Notes: a model not told the origin generated them from the sequence alone. A DNA stretch of 64,000 nt from Nitrospirota bacterium (GCA_963710375.1 CAVPZX010000008.1:128001-192000); one strand, 5' to 3'. Shown: positions 39,300 to 49,537, numbered from the stretch's first letter. Program-made: numbers and translations.

Positions 39300-40052
39300 T
39301 CAGAACGGCCATATTTGGTCCAAAGCTTTCACCAGCCAGCCCTGCGATTGCTTATCAGCAAGCACACCGTCGCCAACAAGATATATCTTGGCATCGGCCA
39401 CCTGCGCAGAAGAGATGGTATTGGTCGGCGATATATCTTCCGGCCTGATGATACCCCTTATAACAATAATCTCTTTATCGTTATTTATTATTCTCTCCTT
39501 GCGAGACTCAAGCACCAGGTTCCCATTGGGGAGCACTTCGACCACCTTCGCCGAAATCGTATCGGTAAAAGTTGTTGTGCTTGCCGTATCTCCCTCACCT
39601 GCAAAACCAGAATTTGAGTTTGCCTGAATACCGGACTGGAAGTTCCCTAATCGTTTTGTGAGCTGAGAAATGCCCAGCACGTTAGGGATACTGTTATTAA
39701 GGCTCGAGGTGCTGGTATCGTTAGTCGTCGCCTTTTTGGATGCATTTGTTGTTTCAGTAATAAGAATGGTCACAATATCATTGAGCCTTCTTGCGCGCAA
39801 ATCCTCATAGAGCGATGCCCTGTCGGTCCATAGGGAACCTTCACCTGCATATGATTCCTTTTGTTTTGCCTCCACATATTTGGGAGGCATCGGAGCAGTC
39901 TTAATATCACGAGCTTCCTTTAATCCTGAACAGCCAAAAAAAGCAAAGAGCAAGGGGCATAGAGCAAAGAGTAGAAGCCTTAACCCAATACTCTTTGCGC
40001 CTTTTACACCCTTTGCGCTTTGCTCTATGCGTCTTTGTTCTTTGCTTCTCAT
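39300..40052 (-). CDS. flgH: Flagellar L-ring lipoprotein
   Basis: FFGC lipobox-like, GSLW...SLYED.RAR..DIVTI, VLPNGNL, GIIRPEDI, QGWL. Confidence 0.93.
   Translation of the reverse strand: MRSKEQRRIEQSAKGVKGAKSIGLRLLLFALCPLLFAFFGCSGLKEARDIKTAPMPPKYVEAKQKESYAGEGSLWTDRASLYEDLRARRLNDIVTILITETTNASKKATTNDTSTSSLNNSIPNVLGISQLTKRLGNFQSGIQANSNSGFAGEGDTASTTTFTDTISAKVVEVLPNGNLVLESRKERIINNDKEIIVIRGIIRPEDISPTNTISSAQVADAKIYLVGDGVLADKQSQGWLVKALDQIWPF
39941..40047. repeat. Inverted heptamer hairpin (GAGCAAA)n/(TTTGCTC)n coding the FlgH signal peptide
   Basis: AAGCAAAGAGCAAGGGGCATAGAGCAAAGAGT ... GCTTTGCTCTATGCGTCTTTGTTCTTTGCTT. Confidence 0.85.
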
Positions 40053-40802
40053 ATCTTCACCTTCACTGTATCCGCAGAAACAAGTATTCCGCTAATATCC
40101 TTCTTTTGAGCAGTACACGCGACCTGAGCAACGCCGCCTATTACGGCATCATTACGGAGCACTCCTTTAGTAGAGATCAGCACATTTTCTCCTTCAACTA
40201 GCACGGTAACCTCTTTGCCTCTCTTAATACTCAATGTGTTGCTGAAATAATCAGCCTCTCATTATCACTCCCTGGGCAATATTTGACTTGAGGCTCTTTC
40301 CTTCGATCCCGGTCATATCTGTTACAGCCCCCATCGGCAGGCGTGAGCTCTTCTGCTTAACTGTGTAGACGTCATCTCTGGTAATTATTGAGCCGCTTAC
40401 GAGTGGTTTTGCCGTAACAAAAACGTCGGCAAGGACGTCATATGCCGCCTCCACTAAAACCGTACGGACTACTTTCTTGTCGTCACATAGGGCCGCGCGA
40501 AAGATGATTTTATTGCGTCCGTTATATCCATCCGCTGCAATACTGCCAACGGTATAGGTTGCTTTATCATCCAGAGCTTCAAAACCCCTTACAATTCTTA
40601 TTCCAGAGAGCTCAACGTTTTGAGAGACCGATCGGACAAGTTCGGAGAGGACAGCTTTCTTTATTGTGTCCATAAGATGCTCCCTGTCAAAAGCAACAGC
40701 AACACAAGGCGCAAAGAGCAAAGAGCATAGAGCAAAGAGTAACAACCCTAACCCTATGCCCTTTGCCCTTTGCTCTATGCAGGTGTGTTCTTTGCTCTTC
40801 AT
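40049..40802 (-). pseudogene. flgA: P-ring assembly chaperone FlgA with a +1 frameshift near 40257
   Basis: SAF domain (VFVTAKPL..G.II...DV) and C-terminal IKRG..V......G..L..A.IG; removing one G gives ..VIMRADYFSNTLSIKRG. Confidence 0.8.
40711..40799. repeat. Inverted heptamer hairpin coding the FlgA signal peptide
   Basis: GCAAAGAGCAAAGAGCATAGAGCAAAGAGT ... CTTTGCCCTTTGCTCTATGC..GTTCTTTGCTCTT. Confidence 0.85.
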
Positions 40803-40804
40803 AA

Positions 40805-41593
40805 TTACGCCTTCATCGCTGCTGTGGTCTGCAGCATCTGATCTGATGCCTGGACAGCTTTTGAATTCATGTCAAAGGCCCTCTGGGCCGTAATAAGATT
40901 TGCAAGCTCTGTAACAATACTCACGTTAGAGTTCTCAAGAAATCCCTGGCTGATGGCGCCAAACCCCAGAGCATCGGGGGCGCCGGTAATTGGGTCGCCC
41001 GAAGCATCGGTGGCAAGAAACAGATTTTTGCCGATAGACTGCAGTCCGGCGGGGTTGATAAAACGCGCCAAGGTTATAGAGCCTACTAGAGATGGCGCTG
41101 TTGTTCCTGCTACCAGTATATTGACGTCGCCGTTAAAAGCAACTGTTATTGTAGTGGCGTCTGTTGGAATAGTTATTGGAGGTTCGAGAGGGTACCCATC
41201 AGGGTTCACGATGTTGCCGTTTTTATCGAGGCTGAAGGTCCCGGCCTTTGTGTATGCAGTAGTCCCGTCAGGCCGTGAAAGCTGGAAAAATCCGTCCCCC
41301 TCTATAACAAGATCAAGCGGATTTCCTGTATTGATGAAATCTCCCTGACTAAAAAGCTTTTGCACTGCCACCGGCTTTACGCCGAGCCCAACCTGTATTC
41401 CGGAGGGCACCTGCATGCCGGTTTCAGAAGGTGCACCGGGAGACCGCAACTGCTGATAGAACAAGTCCTCGAACTCTGCCCTGCCCGTTTTATACCCTAT
41501 TGTGTTGACATTCGCAATATTGTTGGATATGACATCGACCATCAACTGCTGGGCTTGCATCCCCGATGCCGCAGTAAAAAGCGCTCTGATCAT
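40805..41593 (-). CDS. flgG: Flagellar distal rod protein
   Basis: MIRAL.TAASGM.AQQ..DVISNNIANVNT.GYK, G.QVGLGV, LE.SNV. Confidence 0.95.
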   Translation of the reverse strand: MIRALFTAASGMQAQQLMVDVISNNIANVNTIGYKTGRAEFEDLFYQQLRSPGAPSETGMQVPSGIQVGLGVKPVAVQKLFSQGDFINTGNPLDLVIEGDGFFQLSRPDGTTAYTKAGTFSLDKNGNIVNPDGYPLEPPITIPTDATTITVAFNGDVNILVAGTTAPSLVGSITLARFINPAGLQSIGKNLFLATDASGDPITGAPDALGFGAISQGFLENSNVSIVTELANLITAQRAFDMNSKAVQASDQMLQTTAAMKA

Positions 41594-41629
41594 AAACCCC
41601 CCTCTTCTTTAGAATTCAGCACACGGCGT

Positions 41630-42358
41630 TTAAACTTTTGCAATTTCAGTGACGGTCTTCTCCGCAAGGGTATCAAAATTAGTGATAACTTTCTGTGCCA
41701 CTTCAAACTCTCTTAATGCACTTATTATGCCAACCATTTCATTAATAGGGTTAACATTGGACATCTCTATAGCCCCTTCCACTATCTGGCCGCCTGACAC
41801 GCCGGACTCCGTACCTGAGAACAGGGAATTACCGAGGTGCTGCACAGACGAGGGATCGAGCTTTACCAGTTTAAGCTTGCCGCTGTTGTTTCCATCTGCA
41901 TAGATAGTGCCGTCACTTGTTACCTGTATTGCGCTGCCTTGAATACGTATCGGCTTGTTTGCTGTATCAAGAACCGGGTCCCCGGAACCGTCTACCAATA
42001 AACCGTCTTTACTGCGGATGAAACTGCCGTTTCTGGTGTAATAAATATTATTCCCGGCGCCCTGCACCGCAAAAAAACCGTCTCCCCTGCATGCAAGGTC
42101 AAGCGGGTTTCCTGTAAGCTGCACAGTGCCGTCAGTTGTGTCTATTGAAGGTTTCCCTAAGTACGCCATGGCTTTTGCATTGGGATAAGCGGCATTCTGC
42201 GTATCCGGTACTCCTTCAAGAAGGGGATACAGACGGGAGGAAAATGATGTCCGTTTATAACCTGCGGTGTTGGAATTTGCCATGTTTTGGGTCACATTAT
42301 CCAATTCCTGGCTTCTCAGCATAGCTCCGGTCATTGCAACATAAATGCCTTTATACAT
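41630..42358 (-). CDS. flgF: Flagellar rod protein
   Basis: MYKGIY.A.TG, N.AN.NT.GYK, TGNPLDLA..GDGFF, YTRNG.F, E.SNVN. Confidence 0.88.
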   Translation of the reverse strand: MYKGIYVAMTGAMLRSQELDNVTQNMANSNTAGYKRTSFSSRLYPLLEGVPDTQNAAYPNAKAMAYLGKPSIDTTDGTVQLTGNPLDLACRGDGFFAVQGAGNNIYYTRNGSFIRSKDGLLVDGSGDPVLDTANKPIRIQGSAIQVTSDGTIYADGNNSGKLKLVKLDPSSVQHLGNSLFSGTESGVSGGQIVEGAIEMSNVNPINEMVGIISALREFEVAQKVITNFDTLAEKTVTEIAKV

Positions 42359-42396
42359 TATCAGGCTCCTCTATGCATCATTAATAAACAAAGTAT

Positions 42397-42412
42397 TGCA
42401 ATATCGGTGCCA
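42397..42412 (-). promoter_or_regulatory. Sigma54 promoter of flgFG...
   Basis: TGGCAC-CGATA-TTGCA. Confidence 0.8.
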
Positions 42413-42429
42413 CTGAGAGATAATTAGAG

Positions 42430-42456
42430 TAAAGGGATCATGATTTTAACCGATAA
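42430..42456 (+). promoter_or_regulatory. Sigma28 promoter of the divergent small gene
   Basis: TAAA-N15-ACCGATAA. Confidence 0.65.
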
Positions 42457-42466
42457 ATAAGGCAAG

Positions 42467-42661
42467 ATGGCTGATGATGAGGGCATAATAGACGTCTACA
42501 GGGTTCGGGAAGTGACAGGTATCGGTCCGCCCCGTGTCTTTCCCATGAGCCGCGTTGCTAAGAGGAAAAAGAGGCCCGTTCAGGAGGAAGCGGAGCCTTT
42601 GGAAGAAACAATAGAGGAAGAGTCTCCCAAATCAGGCGAAGGAATCGATATCGAGGTATAA
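42467..42661 (+). CDS. 64-aa hypothetical flagellar-regulon protein
   Basis: ORF under a sigma28 motif; ends GEGIDIEV. Confidence 0.6.
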   Translation: MADDEGIIDVYRVREVTGIGPPRVFPMSRVAKRKKRPVQEEAEPLEETIEEESPKSGEGIDIEV

Positions 42662-42709
42662 TTTTCCTATCGCAGGTAAAATTTTCCCGCTTTTAGGGCT
42701 CACGAACCT

Positions 42710-43552
42710 TTATTCGAGCAAATGCTCTTTTTGAGCGTCGAAATCCCGCTTCAGGTTTTCCTGTATTGAGTTAAACCGTCTCGTTGTCAACCCTAATTGT
42801 TCAAAGCCGATTTTGGAAAATTCTACCGGACCCTGCATCCCTATTCCCATATGAAGACACATTGCATCAGCTACCTGAACTATCTGGCACATCGTCTCGT
42901 AGCCGCTGTCTTCAAAAGGCGGATACTGCTCAGCATGATGATATTCGATTACCGCCTCAAGGTTCCTGGGGAGTTTCCACTTCCTCGCGATAAGCCCCCC
43001 GACATTGCAGTGATTGAATCCCAGTATCGCATCCTCGGCCACAATGGAAGGGATCTTTTCCGCATATACCTTGTCGGTGACCAATTTGTACTGATCAGGC
43101 AGACTATTGTTAATGACGATCTTCCCAACGTCATGTATTAAACCCCCGATAAGCACATCGTCCGGCATCAGCATTTTAGTGTCTGCCGCCAGGAGCGATG
43201 CTGCTATCGACACACCCAGACTATGCTCCCAATGCTGCTGCTCGAAGGGTCCTGATTTCCTGTGAAGATCTTTCAGGGAAGCAGACATTACCAGGGACTT
43301 CACTGAATTAAAACCTATAATAATTATAGCTGTAGAAATCGCATCAACACACTTGCCTCTGCCGTAATATGGCGAATTGGCTATTTTCAAAATACGGGTC
43401 GAAAAGGACTGGTCCTGGGCTATAATGTTTTCAAGCTCATTGATAGATGAATAATCACTACTGACCAATTTCAGGACTTTTGACGCCACGGGAGGAATAC
43501 TCGGGACATCAACAGTCTGCATAATAATTTTTTCCAGGGTATCTTCTCTCAT
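42710..43552 (-). CDS. HDOD domain protein
   Basis: PSIP.VA, I.QD......LKIANS.YY, WEHS, GL.HDVGK, E..ILGF.H, WKLP, HH. Confidence 0.92.
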   Translation of the reverse strand: MREDTLEKIIMQTVDVPSIPPVASKVLKLVSSDYSSINELENIIAQDQSFSTRILKIANSPYYGRGKCVDAISTAIIIIGFNSVKSLVMSASLKDLHRKSGPFEQQHWEHSLGVSIAASLLAADTKMLMPDDVLIGGLIHDVGKIVINNSLPDQYKLVTDKVYAEKIPSIVAEDAILGFNHCNVGGLIARKWKLPRNLEAVIEYHHAEQYPPFEDSGYETMCQIVQVADAMCLHMGIGMQGPVEFSKIGFEQLGLTTRRFNSIQENLKRDFDAQKEHLLE

Positions 43553-43622
43553 CGCTGTTCAAACTCCTCTCATATTATGATAACAGAAAAGAGCATTACT
43601 CTTCTGCTCTTGCCTCTTGCCT

Positions 43623-44684
43623 TTAGACAGAGTTAATGATTTCTCCGGCCATATCTTCCAGCGATAGCACTTTATCTGCAATTCCCGCATCGACTACAGC
43701 CTTCGGCATGCCATATACTACACAGGTTTCCTCATCCTGCGCAAATATCCTCCCACCTGTTTTTTTCAGGCTGATCAACCCCTTTAGACCATCATTACCC
43801 ATGCCGGTCAGTATTACTCCCAGCGCCCTGCCCGGGAAACATTCCGCTACAGAACCCATCAGTGCATCTACCGAGGGTCTGTATATAAAATCCTCTTTAT
43901 TGTCGGAAATGCTGACAGCAGTCTCTATCCCCCTCACCCTCTTTACACGCATATGGCCCCAGCCCGGTGCTATAAGGGCAACTCCAGGCTTCAAAGTCTC
44001 CCCCTCCTTTGCCTCCCTGACCTCTATCTGGCTCAACTGATTAAGCCTTTCAGCAAAAGGACCGGTAAAGTTAGGCGGCATATGCTGGGCGATAACAATC
44101 GGAGAAGGAAATTCCTTCGGAAGCCTCGGGATGATCTCCTGTAAAGCCTTCGGACCGCCGGTAGAGGTGCCTATAGCGAGAATCCCAATCCTCCGCTCGC
44201 CGGTGGTCCTGAGCGGCATATGGGTTGGGACCTCAATTGGTTTCGGTGCTGCTGCCCTGCCGGCCGGCCTGACCTGCCTTTTGACAAGACCTTTCCTTGC
44301 TATCTGCTTTATTTTATCGATCAATATCTCCTTGATCTTCACAATATTGATCGAAAGTTCGGACAGGTTTTTAGGTATGAAGTCAACTGCGCCCAGGTCA
44401 AGGGCATCCAGCGTTACCTTTGCACCTTCTGTTGTAATAGAACTTACCATAATTACCGGCAAGGGATTTGTCACCATGATATGTCTCAACGCGGAAATCC
44501 CGTCCATTCGCGGCATTTCAACATCCATGGTGACAATATCAGGCTTGAGACTCCCGATTTTCTCGATCGCCTCAAGTCCGTCTCTGGCAGTGCCGACGAT
44601 TTTGATCTCTGGATCAGAGGAAAGCATAGCGGACAATGCATTCCTCATAAAGGCAGAATCATCAACAATAAGCAGCTTTACCAT
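43623..44684 (-). CDS. cheB: Chemotaxis methylesterase with receiver domain
   Basis: VDDSAFMR, MDVEMP, GTSTGGP, QHMP, PSVD, LTGMG.DG. Confidence 0.96.
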   Translation of the reverse strand: MVKLLIVDDSAFMRNALSAMLSSDPEIKIVGTARDGLEAIEKIGSLKPDIVTMDVEMPRMDGISALRHIMVTNPLPVIMVSSITTEGAKVTLDALDLGAVDFIPKNLSELSINIVKIKEILIDKIKQIARKGLVKRQVRPAGRAAAPKPIEVPTHMPLRTTGERRIGILAIGTSTGGPKALQEIIPRLPKEFPSPIVIAQHMPPNFTGPFAERLNQLSQIEVREAKEGETLKPGVALIAPGWGHMRVKRVRGIETAVSISDNKEDFIYRPSVDALMGSVAECFPGRALGVILTGMGNDGLKGLISLKKTGGRIFAQDEETCVVYGMPKAVVDAGIADKVLSLEDMAGEIINSV

Positions 44685-44690
44685 GGCGCC

Positions 44691-45884
44691 TCAGAATCCA
44701 AGATCCTTAAGTAGTTCGTTGACATCCTCCTGTGAAACCTTCTCCGGAGCATTAATTTTATCTGATAACCGGAGCTCAGGCTTGACACCAAACGTCGTTA
44801 TAAGTTTTACCAACTCGTCTTCGATATCTCCGACAAGTTTTATCACTTTCTTGATGCTCTGCCCTGTAAGATCCTGGAACGACTGCGTAGTGAGAATTTC
44901 TGTGAGATCATCCTCTAATCCTGCCTTGAATGTCTTCAGATACTTAACCGATTCTTCCGGCTCCTTCAGATTTCGTATATGTGAACCAAGTCCGTCCATA
45001 ATTAATATATATTTCTCGACTATTCCCATCGTCTTGTTCGCGGCAGCTTCCGTCCTCTCAATAACGGCGTTCAACTGGTCAACGGCATTAGGCATCTCGG
45101 TGACTGCCATATCCCTGAGTTTCGGATCAAGTGCTTCTTTAAAGCTTCGTATAGAATCATGGAGTTTTCGCGTTACCTTTCCGACCTCCCGGTAGAGGTC
45201 ATTCTGCCCTTTCTTCAATATGCCCTGGATTGCACTGTCGGCTTTCTCATAGTCCTGGACCGCAATTGCATTCATGAAGCCGACCATTTCATCGAAGAGG
45301 GCGTAACGAGGGTCCGCAGTGTCGATTCCCTGCCGCGTAAGGAAATTAATTGCGTTGCTCACGTCATTGACAAGTCCTTCTTGTCCTGTACCCTCGACCT
45401 GCTTTATCACCTGTAGCTGATCGATCTCATTCTTCACTTCTTCATTCTTCACTTCAAACATCTCATCATCAAACATGCTCATGTCTTCAAGAGGTATCAA
45501 CTTCTTTGTATCCAGCAGGACGATTAACTTTTCGCCTACCTTTGCAACGCCGGATACAATATCTGAAGTGTTAAAGTCACTAGGGGGCTCTATCGCTGAA
45601 TCCTCTATCGTAACAACACCCGTTATGGCATCGATAAGCACTCCGAAGATTATACGGCCGCTCGTTACAACAATTACCTTCTCTCCTAAAGAATCCCCTC
45701 CGAGGCCAACCATTTTTTTCAGGTTTACGATGGGAATGATCCTTCCCCTGAGGTTGGTAACGCCCTCTATATAATGAGGGACTTGCGGCAGCCTTGTCAG
45801 GTGCGGAAGATTAACAATCTCCTGGACTTTGAGAATCGGTATAGTGTATTCATTACCGTTCATGGTAAAACCTATATACTGCAT
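44691..45884 (-). CDS. CheW-CheZ fusion protein
   Basis: N-terminal CheW (VQEI, P.YIEGV.NLRG.IIP..L); C-terminal CheZ (EILTTQSFQDLTGQ.IKKVI; SQEDVNELLKDLGF). Confidence 0.85.
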   Translation of the reverse strand: MQYIGFTMNGNEYTIPILKVQEIVNLPHLTRLPQVPHYIEGVTNLRGRIIPIVNLKKMVGLGGDSLGEKVIVVTSGRIIFGVLIDAITGVVTIEDSAIEPPSDFNTSDIVSGVAKVGEKLIVLLDTKKLIPLEDMSMFDDEMFEVKNEEVKNEIDQLQVIKQVEGTGQEGLVNDVSNAINFLTRQGIDTADPRYALFDEMVGFMNAIAVQDYEKADSAIQGILKKGQNDLYREVGKVTRKLHDSIRSFKEALDPKLRDMAVTEMPNAVDQLNAVIERTEAAANKTMGIVEKYILIMDGLGSHIRNLKEPEESVKYLKTFKAGLEDDLTEILTTQSFQDLTGQSIKKVIKLVGDIEDELVKLITTFGVKPELRLSDKINAPEKVSQEDVNELLKDLGF

Positions 45885-45900
45885 ATTTCCTCCTAGACAT

Positions 45901-45987
45901 CAGGTTAAGGTTGAGGTTAAGGTTGAGATAGACAGCTAAAATTTTTAGAAGCCTTTATTTCTAAACCTTAACCTAACCCTTAACCTG
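45901..45987. repeat. Inverted hexamer-array hairpin (AGGTTR)n, copy 1
   Basis: CAGGTTAAGGTTGAGGTTAAGGTTGAG ... CTAAACCTTAACCTAACCCTTAACCTG. Confidence 0.85.
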
Positions 45988-45998
45988 TTTTTATAATG

Positions 45999-47765
45999 CT
46001 ATTTATTTACAAATATATTGCGTGAAAATACTGCAAGATCAAGAATAAGTACAACCCTCCCGTCACCGGTGATTGTGGCGCCCAATATGCCGCATTCTTC
46101 CGATTCTATTCCGTTGATCGTCTTGATCACTATCTCCTCCTGTCCGATCAATTCATCGACTGCGATGCAAAACCGCCTGTCTCCGACGAGCACGACAAGC
46201 ACATAGGTATGGTCCTTTGGCTCATTGTTTCTATTCTGCACCGAGAGGACATCGGACATATCGAACAGCGGGACAACCCTGCCCCTTATAGTCAGGACCT
46301 TCTGCCCGGTTATGTCCTTTATATTGCTTTTTTTAATCCTGAGTGTTTCTTCTATCATGGATTGAGGGACAGCGTAAAACTCTGCGCCCACCCTGACCAT
46401 CATGGCCTGCAATATAGCAAGTGTAAGAGGCAGACTTATTTTGAAGGTGGTCCCGATATCTTTTTTTGAAATAACTTCAACATACCCGTTCAGTTTCCCA
46501 ACGTTAGTTTTAACCACATCCATTCCGACCCCCCGGCCGCTCAATTCGGTCGAAACGTCCTTGGTAGAGAATCCCGGAAGGAAGATCAGGTTTATTGCTG
46601 CATCGTCGGACATCTTCTGCGACTCTTCTTCTGATATAAGCCTTTTTGCCAGCGCTTTTCTCTTAACAGCTTCAATATCAATACCCTTGCCGTCGTCTGA
46701 GACTTCAATCACTATCTGCGTCCCTTTTTGGTAAGCGCTCAGAATTATTCTCCCTTTTTTCGGCTTGCCTTTCAGTTCTCTTTCATCCGCAAACTCGATC
46801 GCATGGTCTATGGAATTCCTGATGATATGTACAAGTGGATCACCGATATTCTCGATAACAGTTTTATCGACCTCAGTATCCTCACCAAACATCTCCAGAT
46901 CTATGTCCTTGCCAAGGGTCCTTGACATATCTCTTACCATTCTGGGGAACTTGCCGAAAACCTTCTGAATGGGCTGCATCCTCATTTTCATCACAGCAAG
47001 TTGAAGATCAGAGGTGACTCTATCCAGAAAACCGGTTGTTTCAAGAAGGCTTTCAACGTATGGATCATCGGAATAATTTACATCGAGCTTGGCTGCAAGG
47101 TTAAGCAGCCTGTTCCTGGCGAGAACTATCTCTCCGGCAAAGTCCATCACTTTATCAATTCTCGACACGTCAACTCTCAGCTGAGATACGACTTCTCTTT
47201 CCTTCGCAATCTGCTGTGCCTGGTCAGCTGTAAACGAAGGGGAAGGTATAGGTTCAGCTTTTTCTTCTGGCTCTGCCTCGGCTTTTTGTTCTGGCTCTGC
47301 CTTTGTCTCTACCTCTGGCTCTGGCTCTGTCTTTGCCTCTACTTTTATCTTTTCTTCCTCCATCCGGGTTGCCGTCTTTGCAGATTCCGAAGCCCTGTCT
47401 AATTCTTTAAGGAGATTTGAAATATCTTCCTCGATGCCGTCTTTCATCTTTATATGGAAAATAAAGAGCCGTAATGCATCGACACTCTTCAGTATGACGT
47501 CCATCAACTCCCTCGAAAGGACAATTTCAGCATCCCGAAGCCGTTTCATGATGCTTTCAGCCCTGTGGGCAACATCAACTATGGGCTGAAAGCCGAGAAA
47601 CCCGGCAGCTCCCTTGAGAGTATGCATGCCGCGAAAGATCTCATTGAGGATGTCTTTATCATAGCCCTTAGCTTCCAGTTCGACAAACATGGGATCGATT
47701 CTTTCAAGCGTTTCCGCGGCTTCGATGACGAATTCGCTTATTATTTCATCCATTTCGTCAGCCAT
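45999..47765 (-). CDS. cheA: Chemotaxis histidine kinase (no recognisable P2 domain)
   Basis: FR.MHTLKGAAG, LRVD, HIIRNSIDH, DDGKG, PGFST...SGRGVGMDVV, C-terminal CheW-like domain. Confidence 0.96.
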   Translation of the reverse strand: MADEMDEIISEFVIEAAETLERIDPMFVELEAKGYDKDILNEIFRGMHTLKGAAGFLGFQPIVDVAHRAESIMKRLRDAEIVLSRELMDVILKSVDALRLFIFHIKMKDGIEEDISNLLKELDRASESAKTATRMEEEKIKVEAKTEPEPEVETKAEPEQKAEAEPEEKAEPIPSPSFTADQAQQIAKEREVVSQLRVDVSRIDKVMDFAGEIVLARNRLLNLAAKLDVNYSDDPYVESLLETTGFLDRVTSDLQLAVMKMRMQPIQKVFGKFPRMVRDMSRTLGKDIDLEMFGEDTEVDKTVIENIGDPLVHIIRNSIDHAIEFADERELKGKPKKGRIILSAYQKGTQIVIEVSDDGKGIDIEAVKRKALAKRLISEEESQKMSDDAAINLIFLPGFSTKDVSTELSGRGVGMDVVKTNVGKLNGYVEVISKKDIGTTFKISLPLTLAILQAMMVRVGAEFYAVPQSMIEETLRIKKSNIKDITGQKVLTIRGRVVPLFDMSDVLSVQNRNNEPKDHTYVLVVLVGDRRFCIAVDELIGQEEIVIKTINGIESEECGILGATITGDGRVVLILDLAVFSRNIFVNK

Positions 47766-47767
47766 GA

Positions 47768-48175
47768 TTATCCTCCTGCTTTCAAAGATTTCTTCTTTTC
47801 CGCAATTTTTTCGAGTTTTTCTCTAAGTATCTCAGCAGTAAATGGCTTAACGACATAGTTGTCGACTCCTGCTTTAATGGCTTCTATCACTTTCTCCTTT
47901 TCCGCCTCTGCCGTGACCATTAGAAAAGGAATGTCCCTCAACGGTTCTGGCTCCTTCCTGACTTTTCTGAGAAGTTCGATACCCTCCATATTCGGCATAT
48001 TCCAGTCGGAAATTATCAGCCCGAAATTGCCGCCTCTCAGCCGATTCAATGCCTGTACCCCATCTTCAGCCTCATCTATATGTTCAAAGCCCAGCTGTTT
48101 CAGAAGATTCCGCACTATTCTTCTCATCGTCGGGAAGTCGTCGACAACAAGCACTTTGAGGCCTAGATTAAACAT
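47768..48175 (-). CDS. cheY: Chemotaxis response regulator CheY
   Basis: [32 protein letters not shown]. Confidence 0.93.
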   Translation of the reverse strand: MFNLGLKVLVVDDFPTMRRIVRNLLKQLGFEHIDEAEDGVQALNRLRGGNFGLIISDWNMPNMEGIELLRKVRKEPEPLRDIPFLMVTAEAEKEKVIEAIKAGVDNYVVKPFTAEILREKLEKIAEKKKSLKAGG

Positions 48176-48557
48176 TACCATCACCTCCGCTAAATATCTT
48201 TTTGACAATGCGCTTTATACTGTCACTAATCGCGTCTGCATTAGTAGGTTTGACCAAATAGTCATCAACACCGGCATCAAATGCTTTTTTCTTTTCGTCG
48301 TCATCAGCTTCTGTAGTGACCATAATTATCGGAATATCTTTCAAGACGGTATCTGACCGCAATGTTTTTGTAAGCTCAATGCCGTCCATGTACGGCATGT
48401 TCATATCGGTAACAACAAGGTTTATACTTTCGGTCCCGAGTTTTTCAATTGCATCCAGTCCGTTTTCTGCAGGCACAACCTCGTATCCTTTTCCCTTAAG
48501 GTACAGACTGAGCAGTTTCCTCGTTGTTTTGTCATCATCAACAATCAATAGCTTCAT
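48168..48557 (-). CDS. Single-domain response regulator (CheY-like)
   Basis: IVDDD, TDMNMP.MDG, MVTTE, YLVKP. Confidence 0.9.
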   Translation of the reverse strand: MKLLIVDDDKTTRKLLSLYLKGKGYEVVPAENGLDAIEKLGTESINLVVTDMNMPYMDGIELTKTLRSDTVLKDIPIIMVTTEADDDEKKKAFDAGVDDYLVKPTNADAISDSIKRIVKKIFSGGDGNV

Positions 48558-48577
48558 GTTCGAACACCCCCGAAAAT

Positions 48578-48703
48578 CAGGTTAAGGTTGAGGTTTAGGT
48601 CGAGACAAAAAACATGGTAACCAAAATTCCCCCCAGCTCCGTCAATCATATGTTGCACCTCGGCTTTATTATTATTCTTAACCTAAACCTAACCCTTAAC
48701 CTG
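48578..48703. repeat. Inverted hexamer-array hairpin, copy 2
   Basis: CAGGTTAAGGTTGAGGTTTAGGTCGAG ... CTTAACCTAAACCTAACCCTTAACCTG. Confidence 0.85.
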
Positions 48704-48706
48704 TTT

Positions 48707-49537
48707 TTACACTTTCTGGTATATAATGACCTTATTTATAACCACCGGTCTGAAGGCCCTCGTCAGATTATGGAGGCTTTCAGATGTGCCGATGATTAGG
48801 TATCCGCCCGGCCTGAGAGCATCATACAAATGCGATACCACCTTCTGCTTGGCCTTATCGTCAAAATAAATAAGGACATTCCTGCAGAAAATTACATCGA
48901 CCCCTCGTATCATCCTGACATCTTTCTCTTCGACCAGATTTACCTTCGAGAATTTTACCATCGATTTGACCGTACTCGATAAACTATATTGCATGTCGGT
49001 GTTTTTAAAGTATTTGTTCAAGTAAGCGCCTGGGACATTCCGTATGGCATATGAACCGTATACGCCTGCACGCGCAGATACCAGGACTGATTCGCTGATG
49101 TCCGAAGCCAGGATATCTTTTTTGAATCCGGCGAGTTCAACTTTTTCGAGAAGGACCATTGAAACGGTATAAGCTTCCTCCCCGGTAGAAGATGCGGCAG
49201 ACCATATTTTTATGTCCCTGCGGCCTGTTTTAGCATTTTCAGCAGTGATCTGGTTTAACAATTCACCTCTGAACACCTCGAATTGCAGCGGCTCACGGAA
49301 GAAAAAAGTCTCATTGGTAGTTATTAAATCAAAAAGCCGCTGAAGTTCGTTGTGATCGGAATTATACCTGAGATTATACAGGTAATCCTCGTAGCCCTTG
49401 AGGTTCAATTCCTGTATTCTTCTTCCGAGTCTGTTCTCAAGAAAATATTTTTTATTGTCCGGAATAAAAATACCGCTTTTCTCATAAATAAAGTCCCTGA
49501 ATTGTTTAAATACCTCATCTGTTATTGAGATCATCAT
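48707..49537 (-). CDS. cheR: Chemotaxis methyltransferase
   Basis: TTNETFFFRE, IWSAASSTGEEAY, DIS, IFCRNVLIYFD, L.PGGYL. Confidence 0.95.
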   Translation of the reverse strand: MMISITDEVFKQFRDFIYEKSGIFIPDNKKYFLENRLGRRIQELNLKGYEDYLYNLRYNSDHNELQRLFDLITTNETFFFREPLQFEVFRGELLNQITAENAKTGRRDIKIWSAASSTGEEAYTVSMVLLEKVELAGFKKDILASDISESVLVSARAGVYGSYAIRNVPGAYLNKYFKNTDMQYSLSSTVKSMVKFSKVNLVEEKDVRMIRGVDVIFCRNVLIYFDDKAKQKVVSHLYDALRPGGYLIIGTSESLHNLTRAFRPVVINKVIIYQKV

